Shown here in pieces: positions 22,887-24,237 of a stretch of DNA of 24,237 bases (positions within the stretch are counted from its first letter, which is position 1; each line of letters begins with the position of its first letter). Position numbers and translations under genes: made by a program. The notes beneath the pieces were generated by a model. That model saw nothing but the letters and a program-made list of their open reading frames with translations, was not told the DNA's origin and ran no database searches. Origin of the DNA: Candidatus Zixiibacteriota bacterium (GTDB taxonomy: Bacteria > Zixibacteria > MSB-5A5 > GN15 > FEB-12); assembly GCA_041742355.1 (NCBI GenBank), contig JBGSIV010000274.1, forward strand, positions 1 to 24,237, read 5' to 3'.

Positions 22887-23240
22887 GTAGGTCAAATCCC
22901 TTTTGCCAACCGCCGTATCATTTGCGCCCCTAATACAGTGCGGCGGGCGGGAACGGAGATCGGCGTTGAGTGGGATTTGACATGTCCTCGGCGAATGTCA
23001 AATCCCTCTGGGCGGTCGCACCCAATCATCGGATGCCAAATCCTGTGCGGCCGGATTCCATCGAGCGGATCATAAGGGGATTTGACCTATAGATTTTTAA
23101 CCAGGAGATCGGCGTTGAGAGGGATTTGACAGATGCGATGACTATGCCAAATCCCTCTGGGCTCCAGACGACCAGTATCCGACACCGGTATTCTGGTCGG
23201 AGGTCTTTCAAGGGACATTAGCAAAAGGGATTTGACCTAC
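22887..23240. repeat. RAYT-flanking REP/REPIN-like array, right
   Basis: Seven arm copies (one variant). 22887-23090 is a 204-bp direct repeat of 21720-21923. The last unit ends GGGATTTGACCTAC at 23240. Confidence 0.9.
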
Positions 23241-23291
23241 GGACTTCCTTCCAGCCGTTCGTACATCCCGAAAAGCCAAGGACGGGGATTC

Positions 23292-23780
23292 ATGAACCAA
23301 CCGTACACAATCCCCCCGCAGACTCGGATCGGGCATGTGCACCTGAAAGTGAGCGATCTGCAGCAGTCGCTCAACTTCTACTGCGGGCTGCTCGGATTCG
23401 AGTTGATGACGACATATGGGCCGGACGCGGCGTTCATCTCTGCGGGCGGATATCACCACCATATCGGGCTCAATACTTGGCACAGCAAAAGCGGAGCACG
23501 GCCGCCACGCGACGCGGTCGGATTGTACCATGTGGCGATCCTCTACCCTACCCGGAGGGATCTGGCGGTGGCGTTTGATCGGCTGCGTGAGGCCGGGTAT
23601 CCGATCAGAGGGGCATCCGATCACGGCGTATCGGAGGCGCTCTACCTCGATGATCCGGACGGCAACGGTCTGGAGTTATACTGCGACCGGCCGGGCGAGC
23701 AGTGGCCGCGGGCGGAGGACGGTTCGCTCCTGATGTACACGCAGTCGCTGGATCTCGAGACCTTGCTGAGAGAGCTGTAG
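23292..23780 (+). CDS. VOC/glyoxalase family protein (CatE-like single domain)
   Basis: RIGHVHLKVSDL, GGYHHHIGLNTW, GLYHVAIL, DHGVSEALYLDDPDGNGLELY. Start at MNQPY (GGGGA upstream). Confidence 0.9.
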   Translation: MNQPYTIPPQTRIGHVHLKVSDLQQSLNFYCGLLGFELMTTYGPDAAFISAGGYHHHIGLNTWHSKSGARPPRDAVGLYHVAILYPTRRDLAVAFDRLREAGYPIRGASDHGVSEALYLDDPDGNGLELYCDRPGEQWPRAEDGSLLMYTQSLDLETLLREL

Positions 23781-23855
23781 TTCCCGCTCCGCGTGCCCAC
23801 GCGGTGTTTCCGTGTTTTTACTGGCGCGAATATTTGCCCTCGCGTATGCTCAGGC

Positions 23856-24237
23856 ATGTTCCTCCAACGGCTCGGCATATCGCGCAACGTGTTTGTCCTC
23901 GGCTGGGTGAGCTTCTTCAACGATATCGCCTCGGAGATGATCTACCCGCTGGTGCCGCTCTTCCTCACGGGCGTGCTGGGGACGCCGGTCAGCATCGTGG
24001 GGGTGATCGAGGGGATCGCCGAGTCGACCGCGAGTCTCCTGAAGGCGTTTTCGGGCTGGTTCTCCGATCGGGTGGGAAGACGCAAGCCGTTTCTCGCAGG
24101 CGGCTATCTGCTCTCGGCGGCATCGAAAGGGCTGCTGGCGATCGCGCAGGGGTGGCCGGTAGTGCTTTCCGGGCGGTTCGCGGACCGCCTCGGGAAAGGG
24201 GTTCGCACGGCCGCTCGCGACGCGCTGATCGCCGAGA
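23856..24237 (+). CDS. MFS transporter, 5' part; runs off the window edge
   Basis: Not in the ORF track. MFLQRLGISRNVFVLGWVSFFNDIASEMIYPLVPLFL...GWFSDRVGRRKP (MFS motif A)...DRLGKGVRTAARDALIAE. Confidence 0.9.
   Translation, partial: MFLQRLGISRNVFVLGWVSFFNDIASEMIYPLVPLFLTGVLGTPVSIVGVIEGIAESTASLLKAFSGWFSDRVGRRKPFLAGGYLLSAASKGLLAIAQGWPVVLSGRFADRLGKGVRTAARDALIAE

Noticed and set aside
21720..23240. CRISPR array
   Set aside because: Repeats alternate in orientation, arms are only 10-14 bp, several inserts are related to each other, and there are no cas genes; the adjacent gene is a RAYT.

Overview
GC-rich bacterial chromosomal window. The secreted proteins end in TSP3 plus dockerin-like domains and the citrate synthase is eukaryote-type, which suggests a Zixibacteria/FCB-like lineage (inference only). 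The backbone is housekeeping and central metabolism. Minus strand: gdhA (partial), 3-methyladenine glycosylase, PHP/HisJ phosphatase, MBL hydrolase. Plus strand: prfB (programmed +1 frameshift), pta, aminotransferase, pckA, a second aminotransferase, an FmdB zinc ribbon, a GlcD-like FAD oxidase, gltA, a VOC protein and an MFS transporter (partial). Three accessory structures stand out. (1) Between pckA and the second aminotransferase lie three self-contained cassettes (own promoter, gene, terminator), each encoding a secreted 14-repeat beta-propeller-like protein with variable loops and a conserved TSP3+dockerin-like tail. They are separated by remnants of the flanking core genes that look like foreign alleles, including a 45-bp perfect direct repeat of the pckA 3' end that starts 1 nt from a GTAG REP element. 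(2) A 500-bp mosaic of several REP/palindrome families. (3) A REP-associated tyrosine transposase (RAYT) flanked by atypical REP units whose 10-bp inverted arms always enclose 70-71 nt of variable sequence. All alignments and counts were done by eye.
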